Below are positions 1 to 16,113 of a stretch of DNA of 64,000 nt, one piece after another (the stretch's first letter is position 1; each line of letters begins with the position of its first letter). The notes beneath the pieces are model-generated. The model was not told where the DNA came from, ran no database searches, and was given only the letters and a program-made list of their open reading frames with translations. The translations under genes were made by a program, and so were the position numbers. The DNA is from Eledone cirrhosa (lineage: Eukaryota). Where the stretch lies: contig OZ024743.1 of assembly GCA_964016885.1 (NCBI GenBank), positions 259,904,001 through 259,968,000 of the forward strand, in the 5' to 3' direction.

Positions 1-1063
1 CATATCTCAGCATCTGAGTGTTAGTAAGCGAGAGCTTATGCGCTGTAATAACACCGATACTGAGGGGCTGTGACATAACACCTTTAAATATTCAAACACT
101 CACATCGAAACTAAATATATTTTTATTATTCATAAACATTTTGTATATGGGTCCATTTACGCCTTTATTCTCTTTCAGTGTTATCACTAATTTTCTGATT
201 ATATCTATCCACATATCCATAATTTGTCCTGTGGAAAGGAATATATAGAAATAAAGATAGCTTTTCTGGCAATTTATCTCAGACGTATCTAACTGATAGT
301 TACTATAATACTGTAGTCAAGAAAAGTTATTATATTGACTACTACCAATTTTCAAGATAGATTTCTAAGTATGGCTTCGTGAGGTTGATTTCTTACTCTG
401 CGTTTCTGTATGTGTATTTGTAAGTCTAGTGTCTTACTCTGCGGTTCTTCTATTCAAAATCAATAATTCAAAGTCAAATTCAAACCCCAAATCTCTTAGA
501 AACAAGATTGGTTGCTACTCCAGTGGATTGGCGTCATATTACATATATGCAATTCACAGAGAATATTGAAACATCATGGTCTAGCCCGAAATCTAATATT
601 TGCAGTGAAGAGGTCACTAGAGGGGGACAACCTAAACTAGAAATGGAAACTCATTTGCTATATCAATTACAACTCTGTTAATCTCACAGCAAGTTTAAAT
701 TATTAGTTTTTTCAAATATATTTAACTGTGTTTCATGAAAAGAGACCCCCGCTATTCTCTTCTAACATATGAGTTTAAATTTGTCTCCGATCAAATATAT
801 GCCCATTACAGTAACTGAATTTGGTATATGATAGACACATAGTAGGGATAACATTTTAAAAATATAAACATTAAAATGTCCCGATTGGTCATTAACTTAG
901 AAGAATATCAGCCGAAGACTTCCTGTTCACATAATGTAACTAAAGCAAATCATCACCAGAGTAGCGATTGTGCTCCAAACTATAATTCTAAAATTGATGT
1001 CACAACTGCAAGCTAATGAATCACTCAACAAATTTTAGTGCTTGTGCATATAATAATAATATT

Positions 1064-1652
1064 AATAATGGTTTCTGATTTAGGCACAAGGCCAACAATT
1101 TTAGGGGAGGCGAAAGTCGATTAAATCGACCCCAGTTCATTACTGATGCTTTATTTTATCGACCCCGTAAGGATGAAAGGCAGTATTTGAAGTCAGAACG
1201 TAAAGGAACGTAAATCTATGCTGAAAATCATGTTGTCCGGCGCTCTACGAATACTGCCAATCCCCTGCCTTCAATGATGATAATAAATTATAAAGGTTTC
1301 TGATATAGGCACTAGGCCAACAATTTGGGGGAGGAGCGAGTTGATTAAACCGACGCCAGTGCTTACTGATATTTTATTTTATCGACACTGTAAGGATGAA
1401 AGGCAAAGACAACCTCGGCGAGATTTGAACTCAGATCGTAAAGGGACGTAACTATTCTGGAAAGCATGGCGTCCGACCCTCTACCGATACTGCCAATCCA
1501 CCGCCCTGATAATAATAATAACTATTTCCACTTTTGACACACAGCCAGCATATTACTGGAGCTTTATTTCATCGACTCCGTAAGAATGAAAGGCAAAGTT
1601 ACCCTCGGCGGGATTTGAACTCAGAACGTAAAGGACCATAACTCTATGCTGC
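1064..1652 (-). mobile_element. Three tandem copies of tRNA-derived SINE family A
   Basis: Reverse complement of TGGCAGTATCGG (A box)...GAGTTCAAATCCCGCCGAGG (B box)...CCTTACGGGGTCGATAAAATAAAG...GGCCTTGTGCC...AAAC(A/C)ATTATT, repeated three times (the third is 5'-truncated). Confidence 0.85.
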
Positions 1653-1664
1653 AATAATAAAAAT

Positions 1665-1815
1665 AATTTCACAAGGGCCGGCATATAGGGTACAATAGAA
1701 AAGACAGGGGCTGTTAGAGTTTACAATGAAATCGAGTAAAAAGAGTATGACAATAAATCAAATAAAAATGAAATTCCTCAGTTGGGAGGAGAGCTACCCA
1801 AAGGTGGTTTTTTTG
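1665..1815 (-). mobile_element. Possible 3' UTR fragment of a Tx1-like LINE
   Basis: cacaagggcc...gggtacaatagaaaagacagggg resembles the 3' ends at 49130 and 39176. Confidence 0.35.
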
Positions 1816-1975
1816 CCTGTAGTGGTGGTAGTGGTAACACTGCTTACGTTGGTCATGCTGGAGGCGGGGAGCCTTGTATCGATATTTTAATCACTGTCAC
1901 GTAAGAGGTGGCCCAAAGTGAGTGGTGTGTCGTATTTCCTCCACTTTTTTTTACGCTTGTAGGCGTCTAAAACGT

Positions 1976-2260
1976 CTAAAGTCTGTCTTAAGCCATTTAA
2001 GGCTCGTTGGGTCGGTGCTTATCTAGGTTTCATGACGTAAAGCGACTGAGAGTACAAGAGACCTTCCTGGACAATACGCTAGTCCATTGCATGGTTAAAC
2101 CCCCAGCTATTGCTGGTACTTATTTTCAGCCCACAATACTGGAGCAACGTGAAATAAACTGTTTTGCTCAAGAATACAACACACAACCCAGTCTAGAAAT
2201 CGAACCCACGACATTATGATTGTAACTCCAACACCCTTACCCCTAGGCCACGTGCCTCCA
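1976..2260 (-). mobile_element. tRNA-derived SINE family B
   Basis: Head GGAGGCACGTGGCCTAG...GGTTCGATT, then CTTGAGCAAAACA-TTTATTTCACGTTGCTCCAGT body. Nearly colinear second copy at 47603-47881. Confidence 0.8.
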
Positions 2261-2467
2261 ATGTAGGTCTGATATTATGAAATTAAAGTTGAAATATTTT
2301 GGTCAAACCTCCAAATATAGGGTCGCATTTTCTAAGGACAAGCATAGTGCCTTATTGAAAGGTTTTATCAAACATATCCAACAGATTACACTCCAAAACA
2401 ACTTAATATAACAAACATTTAAGGGCTGATATCATCACATCCGATATCAATTGAATTTAGTATTTAA

Positions 2468-2622
2468 AGCGGTAGATTGGCAGTGTCAATACAGCTTCGG
2501 GAAATATGCTTAGAGACATAGGTTACGGCCCTTTACGTTCAGAGTTCAAATCCCACCGAGGTTGATTTTGCCTTTAATCCTTACGGGGTCGATAAGATAA
2601 AGTACCAGTAACGAACTGTTGG
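2468..2622 (+). mobile_element. SINE family A copy
   Basis: A box, GAGTTCAAATCCCACCGAGG B box, CCTTACGGGGTCGATAAG body. Confidence 0.8.
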
Positions 2623-2683
2623 GTTGTGACTAAATCAGAAAAAATTACTTAGAAGAGAAAAGAAAAGAAAACGATAAACTTAC

Positions 2684-2862
2684 TGCGTTAGATTTCCGAT
2701 GCATATCTTAAACATATGGTCGCAATCGACACATTCAGAAGACCAAAAACTCTTATAATCACAACAGGAACCTTCAAAACGAGTTCCGGTTGGATTGGAG
2801 AAGTTAAGGAACTTTACTTCTGCTGTACCTTTTGCTTTCACTCCGCAGATTATGAGCAGCAC
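2684..2862 (-). CDS. Delta-like gene A, exon 2 (MNNL/C2 N-terminal domain of Notch ligands)
   Basis: tgtttcag acceptor, CA|gtaagt donor (phase 2). Encodes VLLIICGVKAKGTAEVKFLNFSNPTGTRFEGSCCD...CVDCDHMFKICIGNLT, matching the G-x-x-E-[LV]-K...N-x-x-G...CC...C-x-x-x-F-x-[VI]-C pattern of Delta/Serrate N-termini. Confidence 0.85.
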
Positions 2863-2885
2863 CTGAAACAAAGACCATTCATAGG

Positions 2886-3480
2886 TCTAGTTATATATGG
2901 AAAAACATAAAACATACTATATTTCTAGTTATATATGGAACGCCATATTTATCTCTAATCATATATGGAATACCATGCATATTTCTAGTTATATATCGAA
3001 AACTGTACTATATATCTAGTTATAAATGAAATATCATACTTATTTCTAATTATATATGGAATACCATACTTATTTCTGGTTATATACATATTTCTAGTAA
3101 TATATGGAATACTACACATATTTCTGGTTATATATAGAGTACCATATTGAATTTCTAGTTATATATGGAATACCATATTGAATTTCTAGTTATATATGGA
3201 ATACCATTCATATTTCTAGCTTCATATGTATATCGTGTTATATATATATATCTCGTTATATACGGAATACCATTCGTATTTCTAGTTATATATGTGACAG
3301 TATTCATATTTCTAGTAATATATGGAATACCATATTATATTTCCAGTTATATGTGGAGTGGACTATCATACTATATTTTAGTAATATATGGAATACCATA
3401 CGTATTTCTAGTTAACACCATACTAATTTTTAGTTATGTATTGAAAAAGTATATTTATTTCTATTCATATATGGAATGTC
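2886..3480. repeat. ~31-bp minisatellite (ATATTTCTAGTTATATATGGAATACCATATT-like)
   Basis: Roughly 19 degenerate tandem units. Explains ORF 3165-3590. Confidence 0.9.
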
Positions 3481-3689
3481 ATTCATATTTCTATTTACGC
3501 ATTCTGGCGAAGTTGCTAAAGCTGATAGATAGCTGGACTATTTTGTTTAGTTTCTATCAACTCAATTTTAATGTTTGGCTTGATTCATAAATACTATCAT
3601 GCTCACCCAAATGCTGGATACGTAACAATATTATGAATAGTTTTATTTTGCAAAGATGCTGAACATAATGTTGAGGGCATTCGAATTAT

Positions 3690-4140
3690 GATAGTAAGAT
3701 CGTTGATTCGCTTTCCGGAGGAACATTGTGTCCTTGAGAAACATACTATATTTCACCTTGCGCCTGTCCGCTCATCTGTATTTCGAAGTGCCAGCATTTT
3801 TGGATTGGCAGTATCGGTAAGGGTCGGACACCATGCTTTTGTAGCATAAAATTATGCCCCTTTACGGTTTGAGTTCAAATCCTGCTGCGGTTAACTTTGC
3901 CTTTCATCCTTACAGGGTCGATAAAATAAAGTACCAGTAATGCACTGGGATAATTGATGGCCTTGTGCCAAAAGTAGAAACAATTATGACAGACTGTGTC
4001 ACGCTGAATCTCTCTAAGAACTACGTTATGGTTGCACATGTTTGTGGAACGTTCAGCAACTTGGTTAATATCACGAGCACGTCTTTCTGTTGATCACCTC
4101 ACCTGCAACACAGGTCATCGGAACCAACACGGAGGTTGAA
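3690..4140 (+). mobile_element. Degenerate SINE interrupted by a family A SINE (3800-3986)
   Basis: TGTGTCCTTGAG...TATTTCAC head/body at 3690-3780 and ACTGTGTCACGCTGAATCTC...GAACTACGTTA tail at 3990-4140 flank a family A copy. Confidence 0.6.
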
Positions 4141-4307
4141 CACCGTTCTAGCACACGAATCATTTCATATATAGGCGCTATGTGCAGAGACATTGTTCTA
4201 GGCATGACACAATTCCTAGTCACCCCTGTGCGACCATTCCAATGTTATATTATCACATAACATTATATGATCGTTCATACCGTCATTTAAAATAATCATT
4301 TGCAAGA

Positions 4308-4507
4308 NNNNNNNNNNNNNNNNNNNNNNNNNNNNNNNNNNNNNNNNNNNNNNNNNNNNNNNNNNNNNNNNNNNNNNNNNNNNNNNNNNNNNNNNNNNNN
4401 NNNNNNNNNNNNNNNNNNNNNNNNNNNNNNNNNNNNNNNNNNNNNNNNNNNNNNNNNNNNNNNNNNNNNNNNNNNNNNNNNNNNNNNNNNNNNNNNNNNN
4501 NNNNNNN
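4308..4507. other. Assembly gap (200 N)
   Basis: Run of n. Confidence 1.
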
Positions 4508-5114
4508 TTTCCTAGAGTGCTTAAACTATCTGTGACTAATCCCGGTTTTTTTCATAAAAACTGTGATAATTATTGCTATTTTGCTGAACTCCTTGTAGAG
4601 TTTTTTTCAGAATGTATTTGACTGCTATTTCTTGTAAATAAACATTCACTTCCATCCTGACGTCACTAGCCCCGTTTTTTCCTCATGTGCTTTTTCATAA
4701 ATACACATGAAGGCGAACTAGCCAGTTTTAGAATTCCCTTTTTCGGACTATATTACTGTGAGAGCCCTGGTTTTCTGTTGAGCTCTGCTGATGAATGATC
4801 TTCCAACCGTGACCATCTCCACTGAAAGTTTTCATGAAATAGTCTTTTAAGACTATACAGAGCATTTGATGTTATTCCAAATTGAAGGATAAGTGTTTCA
4901 AACTTTGTTTTATCATGAGTTAAAGGTCTATAGATTTTTCCATGGATTTTACTAAATTCTGTGGATGAATTTGTATCCTGATTCTCTTTTGAGATGAGTT
5001 TGAGTTATTTTTCCTAAATCTTTCGTTAACTACTTTTCCCATCTTGACGTTATAGTCGCATATATGTTATAGAATGCCGTTAGCTTCTTGCTAAAACAAT
5101 CTCTATACGTCTCA

Positions 5115-6156
<1,042 letters not shown>

Positions 6157-6299
6157 CATAATTTACATAAATCTTTCGTTGCACATCTGCAACCTCGTCA
6201 GTGGTGTTATATTCATTGTTCCTCCTGTTGTGTTGTATGTCTACGCCATTTTTTTTTGTTCAGTCTGTCTATATATTTATTTATTTATTTGCTATTTAT

Positions 6300-9288
6300 A
6301 TCCTAAAGTTACCACCAAAATTTGCCATCTACAAAAAGATTAACCCTATGGAATGCAAAACGGAGCTGGAAAAGTGTTTCACAAAAATACGTTGGAATGC
6401 AAAGGTAAACAACAACAACAATAATAACGGTAGTAGTAATATAAACAATAACTCTGGGTATAGAAATAACAGCCATAACCATAACAATGGCAGGAAAGTG
6501 AGAAATAGTGATAATGGCAATAATACTAGCGATAGACAGAACAACAACAACCACAATAATAATAATAATAGAAACGTTAACCACAGACACAGCAACAGTG
6601 ACCACAGTAGTAATAACGGTAACAATACGAACAACAACAATAACCACAGTGGTAATAATGGAAATAGTACATGTAGCAACATCAACAAAAACAAGAAACA
6701 TAATAATAGTAACAACCACAATGGTAGAAATAGCAGTAACAACAACAACAATAACGGTGAAGTAAACAACAATACATCTAGCAATCATAACAATAATAAT
6801 ATTAATGCTAATGATAGAAACAACAACAACCACCATGATAACAATAATAGCAACACACACAACTATGACGATAGAAATAACGACAACCCCTTAGAGAAAC
6901 TATTTTTCAACCCAGCTGACAAAACATATAAGATGGGTAATATCTATCCTACGAGGTTACCCTTTAATAAAAGAGTTTGCATACCACAGCAAATAGATGA
7001 CGAGACGGAGGCACAGTTCACCATAGCTAGAAATAAGATTAGACAAGTAGTAGACAGGTACACTATGAGACAGAGCAGACCAGAGGCCCAACAACTTGGG
7101 ATAAAACCTGTAGAAGGCTTGGTTAGCCTCAAGCAGCGCACAAGGGATGGTGAGGTAGTGTGTCTACCCACAGATAAGTCTGGTAGGATGTCAATAGATA
7201 GCATGCCGAACTACATCGAGGCAATGCAACCCCACATCACCAACACGAGCGAAGTTGCACAACTAACACACGATGGGAGAGAAAAAATCCTCAACGCTCA
7301 CATGATGATGTGGACTGACATCCTAAAGCCAAGCAGACGCACTGCCAACAACTTCCAGGCGTCTAACAATGGCATACCACCCTTGTATGGGCTCCGCAAG
7401 GACCACAAGACAGTCGACGACCCGACAACAGGACCACCAACAAGACCCGTATGCGGAGCTAATATAGCTAGCAACTACAGGATCTCCTACTTCCTCTCAA
7501 TGGTTATACGCCCCATAATCAAGATGTCCCCAGATGTATGTGAAAGTACAGAGGACCTCCTCAGCAGAATCAGTGAGTGCAACAAAAACAGGAGCCTATC
7601 CAACTGCATAATAGGCAGCATGGATGTGGTGTCACTGTACCCATCCATTAACATTGATTTTGCTGTGAAAAGATGTGTGGAGATGATCATTGAGAGTGAG
7701 GTGGAGTTCTGCGACGTCGACACAGACGAACTGGGCCTCCTACTTAGACTTACCTACGACACTGACTACCTAGACAGCCATGACCTTAGATGTTTCTGCC
7801 CTAGTAGACCTATAAGAGGTAGACCCCCCACCATAACCTCAATGGCTAAAAAGACTCCCATAGGAAGGTGGATTGGGTGGACCAAAGCTATACGGACCCC
7901 CCAAAACACTGATCAGGTAAGAAAAATGGTCGCACATGCAATAGGGGCTAGTATCAAAACTACCCTAAAGGGCCACATATTTAAGTTCAATGAGAAAATC
8001 TACACCCAAAATGAGGGAGCAGCCATCGGCGTCAGCATAGCTGGTGATGTTGCCAACCTTTTCATGGTATGGTGGGAAAGGAGACTTAAAGATCTCCTTA
8101 ATGAAAGCTCCATAGACCTCATCATGTACTCTCGTTATGTAGACGATATCAATATAGTTATAAGAACACCCCCACTAGAGAGCACTAACAAGTTTGATTT
8201 AGAACGTAGCACGATGGAAAGCATCCAGCAGATAGCTAATTCCATACACCAGAGTATAACTGTAACTATAGACTTCCCTTCCAAACACCCTAACAATAGA
8301 CTACCTGTATTAGACACAGAACTCTGGATTAACACTATAGACGAGAGAGCCCAAATTCTCCACTCACACTATGCTAAACCCATGGCCTCCAAATACCTGA
8401 TACTCAAAAACTCAGCAATGTCCAGTAGTGCTAAGTTTAATATTCTGATCGCAGATTTGGTACGAGTGATGAAGAATGTGTCCAGCATGTGCGACCCAAC
8501 AGAAATGGAAGGACACATCCAACACTTCATCAACCGCATGCAGTTCTCTGGCTACAACCAAAGAGACAGAGTCAGAGTATACGAAGGAGCCATGGAAAAG
8601 TATAATCATAGAACTGGACATGAAAGGAATTTGCCCACTATACAGGAGCAAATCATGGAATAGCTTAGATAGGGCTAGACATAAGATAGGGAAGGCCACA
8701 TCATGGTACGACAACCAGAGATATCAGAGTGTCATGTTTGTGGACGCCACCCCTGGAGGGAAATTAGCTAACCAGTGTAGAAAGGCCCTGAGAAAGACCC
8801 ACTTAAAAATAAAGGTGGTAGAAAAGCCAGGAACCACCATAAAATCCCTGATCAGCAAAACCTACCCTTTTAAGAAAACCCACTGTACCAATAGGAAATG
8901 TATCATTTGTAAGGTGAACCCCCGGATAAACTGTAAAACTAGAAACGTAGTCTATAGCATAAGATGTACAGAGGGTACTTGCAGAAACATGACAACAACA
9001 TACATAGGTGAGACAGCTCGTAGCATAGGTGAAAGGATAGACCAACACTGGGGGGAACTAAAAGGACGAAAAAACGGGTCAGTACTATACGAACATGCTA
9101 GACAACAACATGACGGTAACATAGACAACATAGAAATTAGAATAATATCTAAACATAGGAATGACCCAGCAGATAGGCAAATCAGAGAGGCCAGTGAAAT
9201 AGAAATTAGAAGACCAAAGCTAAACAGAAAGAATGAGTGGAACAACAACAACACCCAAACAAACAACACTGACCTAAGAGAAGTATAA
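6300..9288 (+). pseudogene. PLE reverse transcriptase + GIY-YIG endonuclease, one frameshift near 8605-8612
   Basis: RT motifs PTDKSGR, LYGLRKDHK, PTRPVCGA, SMDVVSLYPSI, YTQNEGAAIG, RYVDD, LPVLD. The second frame gives PLYR..W, FVDATPGG, a CxxxxCxxC linker, NVVYSIRC..YIGETAR..R..H and H-xxxx-H. Confidence 0.92.
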
Positions 9289-9546
9289 ATAAGTAAATAA
9301 AATAAAATAAAATAAGATAAATAAATACATACACAAGCACATAAACACACACTAGTCACCCAGCAGACACAACACTATACACACTAGTCACACATCACAC
9401 TATACACACACGCAAACGCATGCGCAAAGAAGACAAAATAAAATAAGATAAACAAACAAGCAAATAAATAAATAAATATATAGACAGACTGAACAAAAAA
9501 AAATGGCGTAGACATACAACACAACAGGAGGAACAATGAATATAAC

Positions 9547-9597
9547 ACCACTGACGAGGTTGCAGATGTGCAACGAAAGATTTATGTAAATTATGTA
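9547..9597 (+). ncRNA. Hammerhead-like motif in the PLE pLTR (inverted copy at 6155-6205)
   Basis: CTGACGA-G-GTTGCA/GATG/TGCAAC-GAAA. Stems I and III are imperfect. Confidence 0.5.
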
Positions 9598-9850
9598 AAC
9601 TATATATATGTGTTTGTGTCTATATTGTATCTGTATTATTTTTGACCGCCGGTCAGTCAATGGCAACATTGAGGTCCGAGTAAGTTAGATTCGCAGATAT
9701 ATATATATAAAAGACAGCGAGAAGCGAAAACCAACCAAACAGTGAGTGTGTTCTGTTATTAATTCTGGCAATATTACGCAAATATGACCCTCCCCAAATA
9801 TAACAATATCTGTTTCGACACACGATTTCATATAAAAAACCTCGCAAAAC

Positions 9851-12474
<2,624 letters not shown>

Positions 12475-12804
12475 TTATTTTTTGTATATGTATGCATACA
12501 TTCATAGATAGAGACACATGTAGATGCACCTTCACACATACAAACACACACACGTATACAGTAAAATCTATTATATAAACTATTGAAATTATAAACCCCT
12601 AATTAATATATGATATGTATAATTAACAATAATATTTCCCTTGACAGTCTTGGTATCTATAATTATATTTGAAAACGATGCACTGGATATGTGAATAATA
12701 ATTAGGTATTAGAATATTTAATGCTGTACTAATTCAGAAAAATTAATGATGCGTCATGCAAAGCTGAATATGGTAGTTCAAATATCGATGTGTATGTATG
12801 TATG

Positions 12805-15800
12805 TTCTTCTGGTTTTATAATGTCACAGTTTTACCAATAGAGAGAGAGTCGGTTTCTAGCATAGACACAAGACTCTCTCATTGGAATTTACACAACATC
12901 AACTAGGTAGATATGTATGTATGCATGCATGTGTAGATATGGATGTTATTGTATGTGTGGATGTGGATGTTTTGAATTGTATGTGTGCATGTGTATATGC
13001 TTTGCATCTGTACATGTATATATGCAGTTATTAATGCAAAGTTTTGGAATGTTTTACATATTTTTACTGTTCCATTAATGGATTGTACTTGTAATTTCCT
13101 AACTAGTTGTGTATTGAGGCAGTTACTAACATACCCCAGTGCCCCAGTAATCACAGGCATAAATCTGAAGGTGTAATCAGGGTGGAGTATCTGCAGATTT
13201 CTCATCAGTTCTGCATAAATAGTCTCCTTTTCGCTAATCTTTGATATTATATTGGCATCTGCTGGGCAGCTAATTTCCACTACTGTGCATGCTTTCTTCT
13301 CCCTGTCGCGTCTCATAGTATCTGGTCTGTTATGCCTGTATTTTATTGGGGTTTTTACTGGAACATTCCACCAGTACTCTTTCATATTATGTACATGGAT
13401 GTCTTCCACATTGCTGTAGCTTTTAAGGCGTTTATTATCGGGGCTATCTTTTCTACGGATTGCATCGTACAGTGTTTTAGCCACTACATCATGCCTCATA
13501 GGTAGATAGTACCGCGATGACATCTTTGGACAGCTGCTGATGACATGGGTGACATCTTCTATGTTAATTCTGCAGAGTCTGCACTTGTTATTACATGTAG
13601 GTGTTTTGCCTGCATCCCGGTCTCTTTTGTGAATCAGGTATTTCGTGTTAATTTCCTGTTCTTGGATTGCAAAAGCGTATCCTTCAAAGTGGGAGCCAAT
13701 ATAGCGGTTGTTGGTCCAAGATAGACTACTTTCTTTATCTATATTACTCTCACTCTGGAGCTTCCTGGTAACATATCCATGCATGATTTTTTGCTGATAA
13801 GCATGTAGTTTTTCATCCATGGATTTACTGCGATACTGCTGAGCGATTTCCCTGGGTGTGAGTTTTTGATTATCAGACACGGAATATCTCTCGAGGAGTT
13901 CCTTCCCAACTCTCATGATCTTATCTGCTTCATGCAGATAGACTTGCTCGAGAAACGGGCTCCTACGCTTCGAGGTTCGCAGATATTGTCGGAGGGATAT
14001 GATGCGACATTCAACTGCTGTCTGGACTGATGTTAGGCCTCTGCCTCCCTGCTTACGTTTCAAGTAAAGGCGGTCTATATCACTGTTGATGTGGAAGTTT
14101 CCGGTGTTGTTTAGTATTTTTCGAGTTCCAACATCCACTGCTCGGATTTCGTCTATCGTCCAATTGAATATTCCAAACGTTGGTGTTAGGACAGGCACAA
14201 CCATTGTGAGCCACTATTTTGTTTTGCGCAGAGAGTTCCGATGACCAAATCTTTCTTAATCGGGTGTAGTATTCTCTGGTTACGCGTTCCTTATTACAGA
14301 TACCATTATAGGATATGTTCTCAGCACATCCCCAAACCCCTTTCTTTCCAGCTGCTTGTTCATCTGTGATGATGTTATTATTTTCACAGTGATCTTGGAG
14401 GAATAGGTTCAGGTAGGCTGTATATATCTTATACATCAGGTTTTGGCATGCAATGGGTCGGTAGTTTTTTGCCATGTTGGTGTTCTTGGGGACCAATGAT
14501 GTTTGTGCTAATGTCAACCATTCTGGTATAAGTGTATCTCCCTTAAGAACTTTTTGGTAGAGTTCAGTAAGATACCTCCGATAGAATATTAGCTTTTTCT
14601 ACCAGTAGCCGACAATCATGTCTCTTCCTGGTGTTTTCTTATCTTGGAGTTTTCCTATCACAGTCTCAAGGGTTCCCTCACTTATTTCGTATGTTTTTGT
14701 TGTAGTGTAGGAGCAATAGTTTTTTCGGATTTCTTTTAGTCACACTGCATCTTTGTTGAAATTCTTCTTTTCACCCCATATTTTTCTCCAAAAGGAATCT
14801 ATGTCTTTCTGGGAGGGGGCCTCAATGACACTTATTATGTTGTCCTTCATATCTCTATAGACTGATGTTTGGTTTCGTCTGAATCTTTTATTAAGCACCT
14901 TTCTTTCATCTACCTTCTTCAGGTATCGGAGTTTTTCGCTAACAGCTCTCAATTCTTGTTTGAGGGTGATCAGCTTATATTGAAGAGTTCTGGTTCTATT
15001 TTATTTTTCACTCTTTGTTGGTGAGGAGTGAGGTTTATTTGTGTTTGTTTGCAAGTAAGGAGCATTGTCACATATCCTATGGTTTTTCGTAGGTCAGCAT
15101 TCTTTTTTTCTATTTTAGTTATATTTGATGGTATTTTGGTGGTGTTTTGCTCTTGTTAATATCTCTGCTATCACCAAGATAATGCTTCACTGTCGTTGCT
15201 AATGCATATAAACAGGTGTTGATTTGCCAGAATGTTGGGGTTTTTATCCCCTATTTCGTCATTAACACGTAATATTTCATTATTTGGTTTTTATTAAATA
15301 TTATCGTTTAATACGTTCAGCAAGAGAGATATTTATACAGGAATTAATTTCTCTCTGGAAGATTTCGTTGAGAGAATTTTCAATTGTTTATACTTTTGAT
15401 TATTATCATTATCGATAGTATTTTCCACAATAGTCGAAGTATACTCGGAGGGTACATTGGTGTCAAATTTCTTCGATTATTATTATTATCGATAGTGTTT
15501 TCCCCAGCATTCGTGGTAGACTTAGATGGTACACGTGGTGTCAAATTTCTTACAGGCATCGTTGTTTCAAGGCACTGTTAGACCTGGCTGCTAGGAAGTT
15601 AAGTAACATGGCGATCTGTAGCACGTGTTGTTGATCCCATGTTTGTTGTGGGGGACTTACAATTAATAATATTTATCTTATTTTTACCTTCAACAAACGT
15701 CGCTTATTAGCGTAATTGTTTCGCTGTGAAATAATTTAGCTCTGGGTGCATTTCGTCCCAGTATAACTTAATTCTGTTCATGTAGCCAATGGAGGGATTG

Positions 15801-16113
15801 TTTTTTGCCATATTATAACAATTAAATAAATCATCATTAACTTCGCAACTCCAATAGAAATGCGATTTATAATTTCGGTTTATTCTGTAGCTACAACTGA
15901 ATAGATTTTGTTTACCTTTCTCGTTGTTTATCTTCGATACTTCCTTAATGTTGTTGTTGTTGTTGTGTTCAGCCATGCTGTTTGTAGCAAATCCTTGTAA
16001 AATGAATTATGTATTTAGTCGGATATCTCTACGAATTCGAATAAAAGGTGTCTTCAGAAGATATAGTTAGAAGAATAACCCGTTATTCAACATGACTGTA
16101 GTTGTGGCATTAC
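12805..16113 (-). mobile_element. R4/Dong-clade non-LTR retrotransposon (RLE endonuclease), degraded, RT core deleted
   Basis: N-terminal W..EVN..L..CY...GYMNRIKLYWDEMHP. RT start NYRPIAC..GVWGC is fused directly to the post-domain-7 sequence ENISYNG. Also DRLYL.RKQGGRGL, CRLC..EDVTHVISSC knuckle, RHD, RPD..VEISCP, EKETIY, GALG. Both ends abut (TATG)n. Confidence 0.9.

Noticed and set aside
165-228. Strong minus-strand acceptor (ttcctttccacag) as gene A exon 3
   Set aside because: The required phase reads TNYGYVDRYNQKISDNTERE-stop, with no Cys or NP.F motif matching gene B exon 3. Exon 3 probably lies outside the window.
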